Virus record (IMG/VR): IMGVR_UViG_3300037297_000195 | Coordinates: 1 to 64,000 of that record | DNA from: a virus | Length of the DNA: 64,000 nt | Direction: 5' to 3' (one strand) | Part shown: positions 1 through 8,030 of the stretch, piece after piece | Numbering within the stretch: the first letter of the stretch is position 1 | Layout of the letters: every line of letters begins with the position of its first letter | Notes under the pieces: generated by a model | What the model saw: only the letters and a program-made list of their open reading frames with translations | What the model was told of the DNA's origin: nothing | Database searches by the model: none | Made by a program: the position numbers and the translations under genes

Positions 1-158
1 GGAATGGCCTTTACCCATTCCTTGCATTTTTTACAGCCGTCATATCTATCCGGCTTTGTAACAGTCAGATAAACATGACACCAAAATTTATATTTCGGGC
101 ACCAGATATATTTATTAAGTGGTATTCTCCTTCCGTCCGGTGCCAGTTTACGTTTCAT
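1..158 (-). CDS. Cys-rich small protein (partial; 3' end beyond window start)
   Basis: ATG at 158 forms an ATGA overlap with the stop of ORF 155..451. The frame is open to base 1. MKRKLAPDGRRIPLNKYIWCPKYKFWC...GCKKC has a paired-Cys, zinc-ribbon-like pattern. Confidence 0.45.
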   Translation of the reverse strand, partial: MKRKLAPDGRRIPLNKYIWCPKYKFWCHVYLTVTKPDRYDGCKKCKEWVKAI

Positions 159-451
159 TTTTTAATCCAATCGTGTTTTTCTTTATCCCATGTATAGTTT
201 TGGGTTTCAGATTGTTCGTAAAAATCCAATGCTCTGATGGCCCCAGCGCCATATCCCATACGTGTGAAAGCATCTTCTGGGCTAATGCCGCTGTTGATGG
301 AGACTTTTCCATCAAACCAGTAGAAAAAATATCTTTTCATAACGGTTCCTCTGTAATCGACCGGTATCCATTGATTGCCGGGAGGATCAATGAATTTTAT
401 TTCACACTTTTTTCCTTCTTTTGGTTTGAGAAATTCAAATTCTTTTTTCAC
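155..451 (-). CDS. hypothetical protein
   Basis: 98-aa ORF in the minus-strand operon with 4-nt overlaps to both neighbours. No recognisable motif. Confidence 0.5.
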   Translation of the reverse strand: MKKEFEFLKPKEGKKCEIKFIDPPGNQWIPVDYRGTVMKRYFFYWFDGKVSINSGISPEDAFTRMGYGAGAIRALDFYEQSETQNYTWDKEKHDWIKK

Positions 452-891
452 CTTAACACCTCCCTAATTTCTGCGAAGGCCTTTTCGGCCTTGGCTTTCC
501 CTAAAATTTTATAAAAGTATCTGTTTCTCCTCCTCTTGTCCATACCCAGAATCTCCGCAGGGCTTTCGAAGATAATTTTTAATATCTCTAAAGTCTCTTC
601 TTTCAGAAAAAATAAGGGGGAAGTCTTGGAAGGAGAATGGATTTCTTCATCAAATTCTGTTGAAATTATTTTTTTGCATTGTGATGAAAAATGCTTCCAG
701 ACAACACGGCGGCAAACTTGGAAATAGTGAGTCGAAAATTCTCCTTTTTTGGGATTGTAGGTTTGTTTAGCCTCAACAAAGGCTAAATTTGCCTGTCCCA
801 AAGCCTCATCGTATTCGATGGATGGAAAACATCTGGTCACTTTCCAAGCCGTTGAATAGATCATGTTTTTATAATCGTAGTAGTTAATCAT
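448..891 (-). CDS. sigma-70-family RNA polymerase sigma factor candidate
   Basis: DEALGQANLAFVEAKQTYNPKKGEFSTHYFQVCRRVVWKH resembles sigma-70 region 2 (..L.L..A...Y.P..G.FSTY...). The short basic C-terminal helices could be region 4. Overlaps both neighbours by 4 nt. Confidence 0.55.
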   Translation of the reverse strand: MINYYDYKNMIYSTAWKVTRCFPSIEYDEALGQANLAFVEAKQTYNPKKGEFSTHYFQVCRRVVWKHFSSQCKKIISTEFDEEIHSPSKTSPLFFLKEETLEILKIIFESPAEILGMDKRRRNRYFYKILGKAKAEKAFAEIREVLR

Positions 892-1151
892 TTTTGTTCA
901 TTAATTTCAGACAGGGCAATTTGAATAGCCTTTTGAAGTGCTTTGTCAATGTAATCATAGCCTTTCATTTCAGACGCCTTGGCAAAAAATGGCTTTAAAA
1001 AAGAAACTGGGTTACCGTTATTCTTGTAGGCGGTTTTACCCAATCTTTTAGTTCTCCATCGACTTTTAAAATATCCTTCCCCGGTTTCCCCGGTATCGTT
1101 TCCAAGAAAAATCTCTCCTTTTCGTCTTTCGGGATGATTTAAATAGTTCAT
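888..1151 (-). CDS. hypothetical protein
   Basis: ORF-track ORF 888..1187. The internal ATG at 1151 is preceded by GAGAGG and lies just after the stop (1153-1155) of the upstream ORF, so it is the likelier start. Confidence 0.45.
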   Translation of the reverse strand: MNYLNHPERRKGEIFLGNDTGETGEGYFKSRWRTKRLGKTAYKNNGNPVSFLKPFFAKASEMKGYDYIDKALQKAIQIALSEINEQK

Positions 1152-1152
1152 T

Positions 1153-1371
1153 TTATAACCTCTCTTCCCATTTTGCGGCATTTTCACATATTTTGGCCGT
1201 GACGTCCTTTGTGGTCTTTGTGTTTTTCCCGAACTTCACGGCATTTTCGCTTACGAAATAGAAGAAATGGTTTCCGGGAATGCCGATCTTTTTGTATTTC
1301 TTGGAGTTGTATGGGAACCTGACCATTCCCATGTTTTGAAGATAGTTCGCAATTTTAAACTGATTAGACAT
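1153..1371 (-). CDS. hypothetical protein
   Basis: 72-aa ORF with GGAG upstream of the ATG, on the same strand as its neighbours. Confidence 0.45.
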   Translation of the reverse strand: MSNQFKIANYLQNMGMVRFPYNSKKYKKIGIPGNHFFYFVSENAVKFGKNTKTTKDVTAKICENAAKWEERL

Positions 1372-1475
1372 TTTCTTAACTCCTTTCTTTTTGCGTTAAA
1401 ATTTATCCCATCAGGCAGGGGCACAGGAAACCCTATGCCCGAATCTGGTAGGACAAAAGGCCGGATTATGGTAGA

Positions 1476-1823
1476 TTAGAACGGGTCTATGGCAAGCAAT
1501 TCCCCTTTCGTGTTATAGATGACGTTTTCGTCGCCGACGGTGATGGTTTTCTTGCAATCATCCCAGTCTCCCCATATTGGCTCTCCACTACTTCCAAAGC
1601 AAATACCGGCCGATTCATAATCATGGAATATCAGAATTTGACCGGGTTGCCCGCTTGGTGATTCAAAATTGAAAATGGAAATTTCGGTATGCCGATCTTG
1701 TTTAACGACTTTTGTTAATTCAGAAAACAACTTTTTATTGACAAACCTTGAATAAATGCCGTCAATTATGTTGGAATCGGGTGAAACCAACAAATTTTCA
1801 TAAAGTACCATAATTAACCCCAA
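1476..1823 (-). CDS. hypothetical protein
   Basis: 115-aa ORF with a 10-nt overlap to the upstream gene 1814..2236. Confidence 0.5.
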   Translation of the reverse strand: MGLIMVLYENLLVSPDSNIIDGIYSRFVNKKLFSELTKVVKQDRHTEISIFNFESPSGQPGQILIFHDYESAGICFGSSGEPIWGDWDDCKKTITVGDENVIYNTKGELLAIDPF

Positions 1824-2236
1824 ATATATGGCAAGTCATCAGGAACTTGCCAGTTAAATTGTTGATACCAATTCCATCCCTTTTCTCTGTCTTTCCTAAT
1901 TAAATTTGATTTGTGGGAATCATGAAACGCTTCATTGCCGATAAATGGTGGCTTTCCAGCGTTAACAAATTGTTTTTGCATCTCGCAAATTTCGTTATAG
2001 TGAACAATGTAATCGTTAATCCCGCGCTCCCTTAAAATATGGTAAAGTATTTTAAGGTATTCACATAATGAATACCTATAGCCCCACCACATTTTAGAGG
2101 CTGGGTGATTTTTCCACCCTCCTTTAATTATTGTTTTGCCTTCTCGGTAAAACTGGTTACCGAGATGACCCGGATGGCCGGGATAAAGCGACCACCCGGA
2201 TTCCTCATAATCGGAATGTGGTATGAATATTTGCAT
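1814..2236 (-). CDS. pyrimidine-dimer DNA glycosylase-like protein (Pyr_excise-type)
   Basis: An MQIFIPH N-terminus and GGWKNHPASKMWWGYRYSLCEYL...RERGIND match the GW.NHP...MW.GY..aL..Y....RG pattern I associate with the DenV-related Pyr_excise family. Confidence 0.5.
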   Translation of the reverse strand: MQIFIPHSDYEESGWSLYPGHPGHLGNQFYREGKTIIKGGWKNHPASKMWWGYRYSLCEYLKILYHILRERGINDYIVHYNEICEMQKQFVNAGKPPFIGNEAFHDSHKSNLIRKDREKGWNWYQQFNWQVPDDLPYIWG

Positions 2237-2372
2237 TTTTAAATATTCCCAAATGCTTTTATAATTAAATTGATTTGAATGTAGTGCATTAGAAGAGAGA
2301 TATCTGATGTATTTGATTCAAACCACAACCAAGAATTTGATCTTGTGTCCAAAAATCTGATAAACATTTTTT

Positions 2373-2443
2373 ATCCTTTCTTTTTTTTGTTAATAAAATC
2401 TTAATAAATAGCCCAAAAAATGGGCTATTTGGTTAAAACTTTA
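2373..2443 (-). repeat. 71-nt intergenic cassette, copy A (terminator hairpin + A-tract + RBS)
   Basis: 70/71 identical to 2717..2787. On the minus strand it runs stop codon, AUAGCCCA-loop-UGGGCUAU hairpin, U/A-rich tail, AACAAAAAAAAGAAAGGAU. Confidence 0.85.
2408..2428 (-). terminator. intrinsic-terminator-like hairpin
   Basis: 8-bp stem ATAGCCCA/TGGGCTAT with an A5 (U5 on the minus strand) loop, followed on the minus strand by UUAUUAAGAUUUUAUU. Confidence 0.5.
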
Positions 2444-2710
2444 TCCAAAGATTTTTCGTTCTGCTTCATGTGCTTCCCCTGCGCAGCAGCAGGGGATTGC
2501 TGTTGCGGGAGTTGGATATTTCCCATCCCACCATTTCATCATTGGCAATCCGCCTGCCCGTGTGATGTTAGCCGATGATTTAGTCCACCCATAAATATTT
2601 TTAGCGTTTTTGCCTCCCCTAGGTCCTACATATTCTAAGAGAGCGATTTGATCTTTTCGGCTTTCGGCTATTTTTACTAATGCCTCGTGTAGTTTTTGTG
2701 TTCTGGTCAT
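2441..2710 (-). CDS. hypothetical protein
   Basis: 89-aa ORF flanked by the two copies of the 71-nt cassette. AAAGGA RBS. Confidence 0.5.
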   Translation of the reverse strand: MTRTQKLHEALVKIAESRKDQIALLEYVGPRGGKNAKNIYGWTKSSANITRAGGLPMMKWWDGKYPTPATAIPCCCAGEAHEAERKIFG

Positions 2711-2716
2711 TTTATA

Positions 2717-2787
2717 ATCCTTTCTTTTTTTTGTTAATAAAATCTTAATAAATAGCCCAAAAAATGGGCTATCTGGTTAAAACTTTA
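2717..2787 (-). repeat. 71-nt intergenic cassette, copy B
   Basis: 70/71 identical to 2373..2443. Confidence 0.85.
2752..2772 (-). terminator. intrinsic-terminator-like hairpin
   Basis: Same 8-bp stem as 2408..2428. Confidence 0.5.
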
Positions 2788-3054
2788 GTTAACAAGCTTG
2801 AAAGCCGCCTGCCGCGAAATCGACTTTTCGGGTAATTCTTTTATCGGAATGCCGAGTCTTCCGTGCCATGCAGCCCCGCTGTTAGGAGCTGGAGTCCATC
2901 CATGATCGATAACATGATCAATGTCATTGACATGGACGTAAGTTGTAACATAGACAGATTTAACTATGGAGTAGATATGGGTATATCCCATACCCTTGGC
3001 TATTCTGGCCGCTTTTTGAATTTTGGATTCCTTCATTTTATTAACTCCTTTCAT
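2785..3054 (-). CDS. hypothetical protein
   Basis: 89-aa ORF. Its ATG (3054) is in an ATGA overlap with the upstream 52-codon ORF. Confidence 0.5.
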   Translation of the reverse strand: MKGVNKMKESKIQKAARIAKGMGYTHIYSIVKSVYVTTYVHVNDIDHVIDHGWTPAPNSGAAWHGRLGIPIKELPEKSISRQAAFKLVN

Positions 3055-3209
3055 TCAGGCGCTTCGATAAAATCGTGCGGGTTTTGAAGAAAAAAATCAG
3101 TGTCGAGTTCATCGACGTAAACACACCAGGCCGTATCGGCCTCATCGTCATAATCTATAATCCGAAATTTAACACCGTTTTCCAAAGTTCCTATCATATT
3201 AATTAACAT
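3051..3209 (-). CDS. small acidic hypothetical protein (52 aa, below ORF-track cutoff)
   Basis: ATG 3209 is preceded by AAAGGA. It translates as MLINMIGTLENGVKFRIIDYDDEADTAWCVYVDELDTDFFLQNPHDFIEAPE, and the stop TGA overlaps the next ATG. Confidence 0.4.
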   Translation of the reverse strand: MLINMIGTLENGVKFRIIDYDDEADTAWCVYVDELDTDFFLQNPHDFIEAPE

Positions 3210-3239
3210 TTTTTTAATCCTTTTTTAATTGTTATAATC

Positions 3240-3273
3240 TCAAAGAGGCCGCCCGTGAGCGGCTACTCTGAAA
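3240..3273 (-). promoter_or_regulatory. conserved-base/variable-top intergenic RNA hairpin, copy A
   Basis: Minus strand: UUUCAGAGUAG-[CCGC UCACGG GCGG]-CCUCUUUGA. It shares flanks with 3517..3557 but has a different apical stem. Confidence 0.5.
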
Positions 3274-3486
3274 CTATAAGTTGTGAGGGCCGATATAATC
3301 TCCCCACGCAATATCCAAAGTGGCTACGGGATAAAGCGTATCATATCCGATTCGTTTGATGGAAAAAATGAGCTTATAAGGGACTTTGAATAGTGCCACG
3401 ACTTCGGGTTGCGATTGATTGTTTGTCCCCTCAACAATGGCCCAATAGTATCCCTCAACAACTGGCTGCGCTTTCCTGTATTCCAT
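3274..3486 (-). CDS. hypothetical protein
   Basis: The ORF track starts at TTG 3492. ATG 3486 with AAAGGA 6 nt upstream is the likelier start. Confidence 0.5.
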   Translation of the reverse strand: MEYRKAQPVVEGYYWAIVEGTNNQSQPEVVALFKVPYKLIFSIKRIGYDTLYPVATLDIAWGDYIGPHNL

Positions 3487-3516
3487 TTTCAATCCTTTCT
3501 TTTTTTTGTTATGTTT

Positions 3517-3557
3517 TCAAAGAGGCTATCAAATATTAATTGATAGCTACTCTGAAA
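3517..3557 (-). promoter_or_regulatory. conserved-base/variable-top intergenic RNA hairpin, copy B
   Basis: Minus strand: UUUCAGAGUAG-[CUAUCAA UUAAUAU UUGAUAG]-CCUCUUUGA. Confidence 0.5.
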
Positions 3558-3574
3558 TCATATCATCTCCCCAT

Positions 3575-3644
3575 CCCCTCTCTGAGTTTGTCTCACCGGC
3601 TTCCAGTATCCGGTTGCCCATCCGACTCAGTTTCTCTTTCGGGG
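3575..3644 (-). promoter_or_regulatory. GC-rich three-tier stem-loop in predicted leader of leftward early transcript
   Basis: Nested complementary pairs: 3575-3578/3641-3644 (CCCC/GGGG), 3582-3587/3625-3630 (CTGAGT/ACTCAG) and 3595-3599/3610-3614 (ACCGG/CCGGT). Confidence 0.45.
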
Positions 3645-3668
3645 CTGTTTTTTTATTTTCAATGACCG

Positions 3669-3681
3669 TGTATAGTTAATA
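3669..3681. repeat. 13-mer TGTATAGTTAATA, copy 1
   Basis: Identical to 3775..3787. Both copies lie in the divergent control region. Confidence 0.7.
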
Positions 3682-3709
3682 ATCTATCACACACTATCAC
3701 ACCTGTCAA
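3681..3709 (-). promoter_or_regulatory. sigma-70-type promoter for leftward early genes
   Basis: Minus strand: TTGACA (3704-3709), a 17-nt spacer, then TAGATT (3681-3686). The spacer carries the tandem CTATCACAC repeats. Confidence 0.55.
3684..3703. repeat. tandem decamer CTATCACACA/CTATCACACC (operator-like)
   Basis: Two adjacent copies read directly. They lie inside the spacer of the predicted promoter. Confidence 0.7.
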
Positions 3710-3774
3710 GCAAAATTAATTAATTTTTTTGAAAAATATTAATTTTTTTATTTGGTTGATTTTACTAACAAAAA

Positions 3775-3787
3775 TGTATAGTTAATA
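3775..3787. repeat. 13-mer TGTATAGTTAATA, copy 2
   Basis: Identical to 3669..3681. Contains a TATAGT -10-like hexamer on the plus strand. Confidence 0.7.
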
Positions 3788-4030
3788 TTAATACCTTAAT
3801 TTTATTAATAAATTAATCCTTCCCCTGAAAACCAGGCTCTATTATAATGATAGCTAATGAGGCGCGTTTTTGGCCCGGATTAATTTAACTAATTTTACTA
3901 ATCGCGCTACAAGGCTCTGTAAGGGGCTAAATTAATAAAATGGAGGTTTGTAAGTGGTTGAAATAATTGATAGCGGCTCTAAACCAATACTAACATATAG
4001 GGTTTTTGCTAATTTTTAGAGAGTGGAAAA

Positions 4031-4666
4031 ATGGTTAGAAGGAAATATCCTAAAACAAAATCAGATAAGCCTAAGAAAGAGAAGCGAGGGAGAGAATCTA
4101 TTTATGATTCTAAAATTCATCCCACGATTGCGGAAAACGCATGTGCACAGCAAGGGTTAACAAATTTACAGCTTTCTAACTTATTTGATATTAGTATAAA
4201 AACTTTGGACGGTTGGTATGTTCGATACCCAGAGCTGAAAGAGGCTGTCCAGAGGGGTAGGGATAATTTTGATTCTGAGAGCGTCGAATCCGCACTTTTG
4301 AAACGGGCATTAGGATATGAATATGAGGAGCGGACAATAGAAGAAATTAAGGTCAAGGCGGAAGATGCTGAAGGGAAAATAACAAAAATTCCAGGGAAAA
4401 AAATTACGGTTCACAAAAAGGCATTGCCCCCGGAAACCAAGGCTTGTTTTCTCTGGTTAATTAATAGGCATAAGAAAAGATGGAATGATGCCAAAAATAT
4501 TAATATTAATTCAGAACAGACGAATAATTATAAAATCAGTTTTGAGGAACAGCAATTAAAGGATATGAGCCCGGATGAACTTAGAGTTATGGAAAAATTT
4601 GCCAGTGCCATCTATAAAGCTGATCGAAAAGGTGATCTCGGAGAAATCGCTGAGAGATTACATTAG
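4031..4666 (+). CDS. terS: terminase small subunit candidate
   Basis: First gene of the structural operon, immediately upstream of terL. Basic N-terminus, HTH-like LTNLQLSNLFDISIKTLDGWYVRYPELKEAVQRGR, then ALLKRALGYEYEE as in small terminases. Confidence 0.6.
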   Translation: MVRRKYPKTKSDKPKKEKRGRESIYDSKIHPTIAENACAQQGLTNLQLSNLFDISIKTLDGWYVRYPELKEAVQRGRDNFDSESVESALLKRALGYEYEERTIEEIKVKAEDAEGKITKIPGKKITVHKKALPPETKACFLWLINRHKKRWNDAKNININSEQTNNYKISFEEQQLKDMSPDELRVMEKFASAIYKADRKGDLGEIAERLH

Positions 4667-6110
4667 ATTAGTTTTTGATATAGTCGAACCTGGTAGAAAA
4701 TATCATCCAAATTGGCATACAGATGCTATTGCCGATCATTTGGAAGCCATGATTCCTGTTCCCATTTATGATATGGAAAAGGACGATGAAGGAAAATATA
4801 TCCTTGGATTCAACCCCCCTCAGATTAGGCGTTTAGTAATTAATATCCCCCCAGGTTGCACAAAGTCATTAATACTGAATGTTATTTTCCCTTCCTGGGT
4901 ATGGGGGCCGTTAGGATTGCCCATGTTAAGGTTTCTTTTTATCACCTATTCTCAACAATTAACATTAAGAGATTCTATTAAATGTAGGAGAATAATAGAG
5001 TCCGATTGGTATCGGGAATTATGGGGATATCAATATCAATTAACTTCAGATCAGAATAGCAAAATTAGGTATGAGAATAATAAATCGGGGTTCCGTCAAT
5101 CAACTTCTTTAGATGGTATGGCTACAGGAGAAAGAGCGGATTTTACCGGGATAGACGACCCGATTAACATGAAAGAAGCTATTCGCCCAGAACAAACAGC
5201 TCTAAAAAGATGCAATGAAACTTATGATAATTCAATTTCAACCCGTTTTATGCCCGTAACCGGATCATGCTGTATTTGTATGCAAAGGGGAGCGGGGAAT
5301 GATTTATCAGGGTATGTATTGGCAAAAGAATTTGGTGGATGGGAACATTTATGTTTACCCATGGAATATGAAGGAAATAATAGGTGTAGAACTTCACTTA
5401 ATTTTAAAGACCCAAGGAAAAAAATAGGAGAATTATTAGTCCCTCAAAGATATCCCAAAGAAGAAATCAGGTATCTTAAAGCAGATTTAGGTAGTTACGG
5501 CACTGCAAGCCAGTTACAACAGAACCCGGTAGCCAAAGAAGGCGGGATGTTTCAAACTGAGAATTTCCAAATAGCAAACCAATTACCATCTAATAGAGAA
5601 AAACAGATTATAGGGGCTATTCGGTATTGGGATAAAGCCGGGACTGAAGGTGGTGGAGCTTATACAGCTGGCGTATTAATGGTCAGGTATGCCGATAATA
5701 CTTATTATGTTTTAGACGTTGTTAGAGGACAATGGGAAGCCAGACAAAGAGAGCCCATAATTAAACAAACCGCGATGAATGATAAAAACTTGTTCCCAAC
5801 TGGCAGATATCAGGTATGGACGGAACAGGAACCTGGATCAGGGGGTAAAGAATCAGCCCAAAATACAATCACCAGTTTAGCAGGTTTGTCTGTTCATGCT
5901 GACAAGGTGACAGGGAAAAAGGAAGTAAGGGCGGAACCGTATTCAATTCAAGTCGAAAATAAAAACGTTTATTTAGTCTCCGGCCATTGGGTATCTAAAT
6001 TTATTCAGGAGCACAAAGACTATTTAGTGGGGAAATATAGGGATCAAGTAGACGCCGCTGGTGGGGCATTTAACAAATTGGCATTTATGAAAATTGCGAG
6101 GGCTATATGA
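4575..6110 (+). CDS. terL: terminase large subunit
   Basis: YHPNWHTDAIADHLEA followed by a P-loop-like INIPPGCTKS and a C-terminal nuclease-type region. Position is upstream of the portal gene. The ATG 4575 start overlaps terS by 92 nt; an alternative GTG lies at 4632. Confidence 0.85.
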   Translation: MNLELWKNLPVPSIKLIEKVISEKSLRDYIRLVFDIVEPGRKYHPNWHTDAIADHLEAMIPVPIYDMEKDDEGKYILGFNPPQIRRLVINIPPGCTKSLILNVIFPSWVWGPLGLPMLRFLFITYSQQLTLRDSIKCRRIIESDWYRELWGYQYQLTSDQNSKIRYENNKSGFRQSTSLDGMATGERADFTGIDDPINMKEAIRPEQTALKRCNETYDNSISTRFMPVTGSCCICMQRGAGNDLSGYVLAKEFGGWEHLCLPMEYEGNNRCRTSLNFKDPRKKIGELLVPQRYPKEEIRYLKADLGSYGTASQLQQNPVAKEGGMFQTENFQIANQLPSNREKQIIGAIRYWDKAGTEGGGAYTAGVLMVRYADNTYYVLDVVRGQWEARQREPIIKQTAMNDKNLFPTGRYQVWTEQEPGSGGKESAQNTITSLAGLSVHADKVTGKKEVRAEPYSIQVENKNVYLVSGHWVSKFIQEHKDYLVGKYRDQVDAAGGAFNKLAFMKIARAI

Positions 6111-6286
6111 GAGAAAGCAAAATAAAAGATTTATTAATATTGAATAAAAAAATGAAATTAGAAAAAGATATAAGGGAAGCCGTTAAAAGGGTAATGGCTT
6201 TTCGGGATATAGTAAGAGAAAAAATAGTTAAAGAAAAAGTGGGATTTGTAGAAATAAGGGAGGAATTTGATTATGATGAATTTTAA
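6107..6286 (+). CDS. small Lys/Glu-rich hypothetical protein (59 aa)
   Basis: ATGA overlap with the terL stop. No internal stop in 60 codons. Below the ORF-track cutoff. Confidence 0.35.
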   Translation: MRESKIKDLLILNKKMKLEKDIREAVKRVMAFRDIVREKIVKEKVGFVEIREEFDYDEF

Positions 6287-6578
6287 TGGAGGGGATGCTT
6301 ATCCGTGGCAAAATAAAGCAAAAGTTAAGGAGTTTTTGCTAAATACTTTGTCTGGGTTAAAAGTGGAAATAATGTATGTTTTAGGAGATCTTTTTGACAG
6401 TGAAATTAGTGGCGAAGGTCAATTTTGGTATGGGGATGAAGAGAAAAGAATTATTTTGACCGGGCCTGAAGCTTCTACTTTTTTGTCGGATATGATTGAT
6501 GTTACGACTCAAAACCAATTAATGACGCTTTTGGAGAATACGGTAATTGTGAACGATGAATATGTGAGCGAGGAATAA
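6273..6578 (+). CDS. hypothetical protein
   Basis: The ORF track starts at TTG 6267. ATG 6273 lies 8 nt after GGGAGGA. Confidence 0.5.
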   Translation: MMNFNGGDAYPWQNKAKVKEFLLNTLSGLKVEIMYVLGDLFDSEISGEGQFWYGDEEKRIILTGPEASTFLSDMIDVTTQNQLMTLLENTVIVNDEYVSEE

Positions 6579-6590
6579 GGAAATTTATTA

Positions 6591-8030
6591 ATGTCAAGCG
6601 AAACAGATAAACAATTAGCGCTAAACGAAGTAACTGAATCCTACATGCAATTACGCCCATTCTTAGCCGCATACACCAGGATATCCAGGGAGCAGTTAGC
6701 TAAATCCCAAGCTGGTTACGCTTACGGAACAGATAGAGACATTTATGGGGCGTTAGGCTATCCCGAATCTATTTCATACCAGCAATATTACGCTTGGTAT
6801 AGGAGAGATCCACTTGCCAGGCGGATTATTAATGCTCCGGTATCGGCAACATGGGTAGAGCCTCCCGAAATATCCGAGGATGATGATGTAGATGAAACAA
6901 AATTTGAAGCCGAATTCAGAACATTAGCAAAACAAATTAAACTTTGGCATTACCTAAGACGTGCTGATAGAATGGCTGGTATTGGCCGTTATTCTGTTAT
7001 TTTTCTTGGCTTTGATGGAGACGGAACAGATTTGGAATTACAGAACGAGCCGAATCAAAATGCTATTCTCAAATATATCCGTCCATATTCAGAAGCGTCG
7101 GCCACGATTAAATCTTATGTAACGGACAGGTCAAGTGAAAGGTTCGGCTTACCCGAACTTTACAATATAACATCTTCTAATTTGGCATCGACGAAAACGA
7201 CTTCAACCGTCCATTGGTCAAGAGTGATCCACATTGTCGAAGATCCGTTTGAAAGTGATGTGGAAGGCATCCCTAAATTAGAGGCTGTGTTTAACTATCT
7301 GGTTGCCATGCTCGAAGTTGTAGGTGGATCAGCAGAAGCGTTTTGGCGTTTAGCCTTTCCTGGATATGGGTTTTTACAAGAGGCCGGTTCGACAATAGCA
7401 GATGAGGCCGCGCTAAAAACAAAGATCGATGATTTCATACATAAGCTCCAGAGATATATAGCCCTTGAAGGATTTACCGATATCAAACAATTTTCCCCTA
7501 ATACTGCTGATCCCAAAGGGCAGGTAGATGTATTGATAGAGTTGATTTCATCCGGGACGGGATTGCCGAAAAGGATTTTAACCGGTTCCGAAGTAGGCAG
7601 TTTAGCGTCTACCGAGGACAGGAAGAACTGGGCTGATAGGGTGTCAGAACGCCGCCAGGACCATGCAGATGTGATTCTAAGAGACTTAATTTCCAGATTA
7701 ATAAAATATGGGGCGCTTCCTTCTCCAAAAGTCGGTGAAGATGAATACGAGATTAATTGGCCTGAAGTGTATGCTCTTACTGAATTAGAACAAGCAGAAT
7801 TGGCTTATAAGAGAACGCAGACAGTAGCCGAATATTTCGTTAAATCATTAGAAACTATTTGGCCAAGACGAACATTTTTTATTGAGGAAATGAGCTATTC
7901 TGATGAGGAGTTCGACGCCATGGACGAAGAAAACCAGGCTGAATTCGATCAGGAAACCCAATTCGCGGATAGTATGGATGGAGATTTAGATTTAATTAAC
8001 CCGAACGATGAGGGAGATGGCGATGAGTGA
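6591..8030 (+). CDS. portal protein (DUF1073-like)
   Basis: 479 aa, lying between the terminase and MuF genes. YGALGYPESISYQQYYAWYRRDPLARRIINAPVSATW is typical of DUF1073 portals. Acidic C-terminal tail. Confidence 0.8.
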   Translation: MSSETDKQLALNEVTESYMQLRPFLAAYTRISREQLAKSQAGYAYGTDRDIYGALGYPESISYQQYYAWYRRDPLARRIINAPVSATWVEPPEISEDDDVDETKFEAEFRTLAKQIKLWHYLRRADRMAGIGRYSVIFLGFDGDGTDLELQNEPNQNAILKYIRPYSEASATIKSYVTDRSSERFGLPELYNITSSNLASTKTTSTVHWSRVIHIVEDPFESDVEGIPKLEAVFNYLVAMLEVVGGSAEAFWRLAFPGYGFLQEAGSTIADEAALKTKIDDFIHKLQRYIALEGFTDIKQFSPNTADPKGQVDVLIELISSGTGLPKRILTGSEVGSLASTEDRKNWADRVSERRQDHADVILRDLISRLIKYGALPSPKVGEDEYEINWPEVYALTELEQAELAYKRTQTVAEYFVKSLETIWPRRTFFIEEMSYSDEEFDAMDEENQAEFDQETQFADSMDGDLDLINPNDEGDGDE

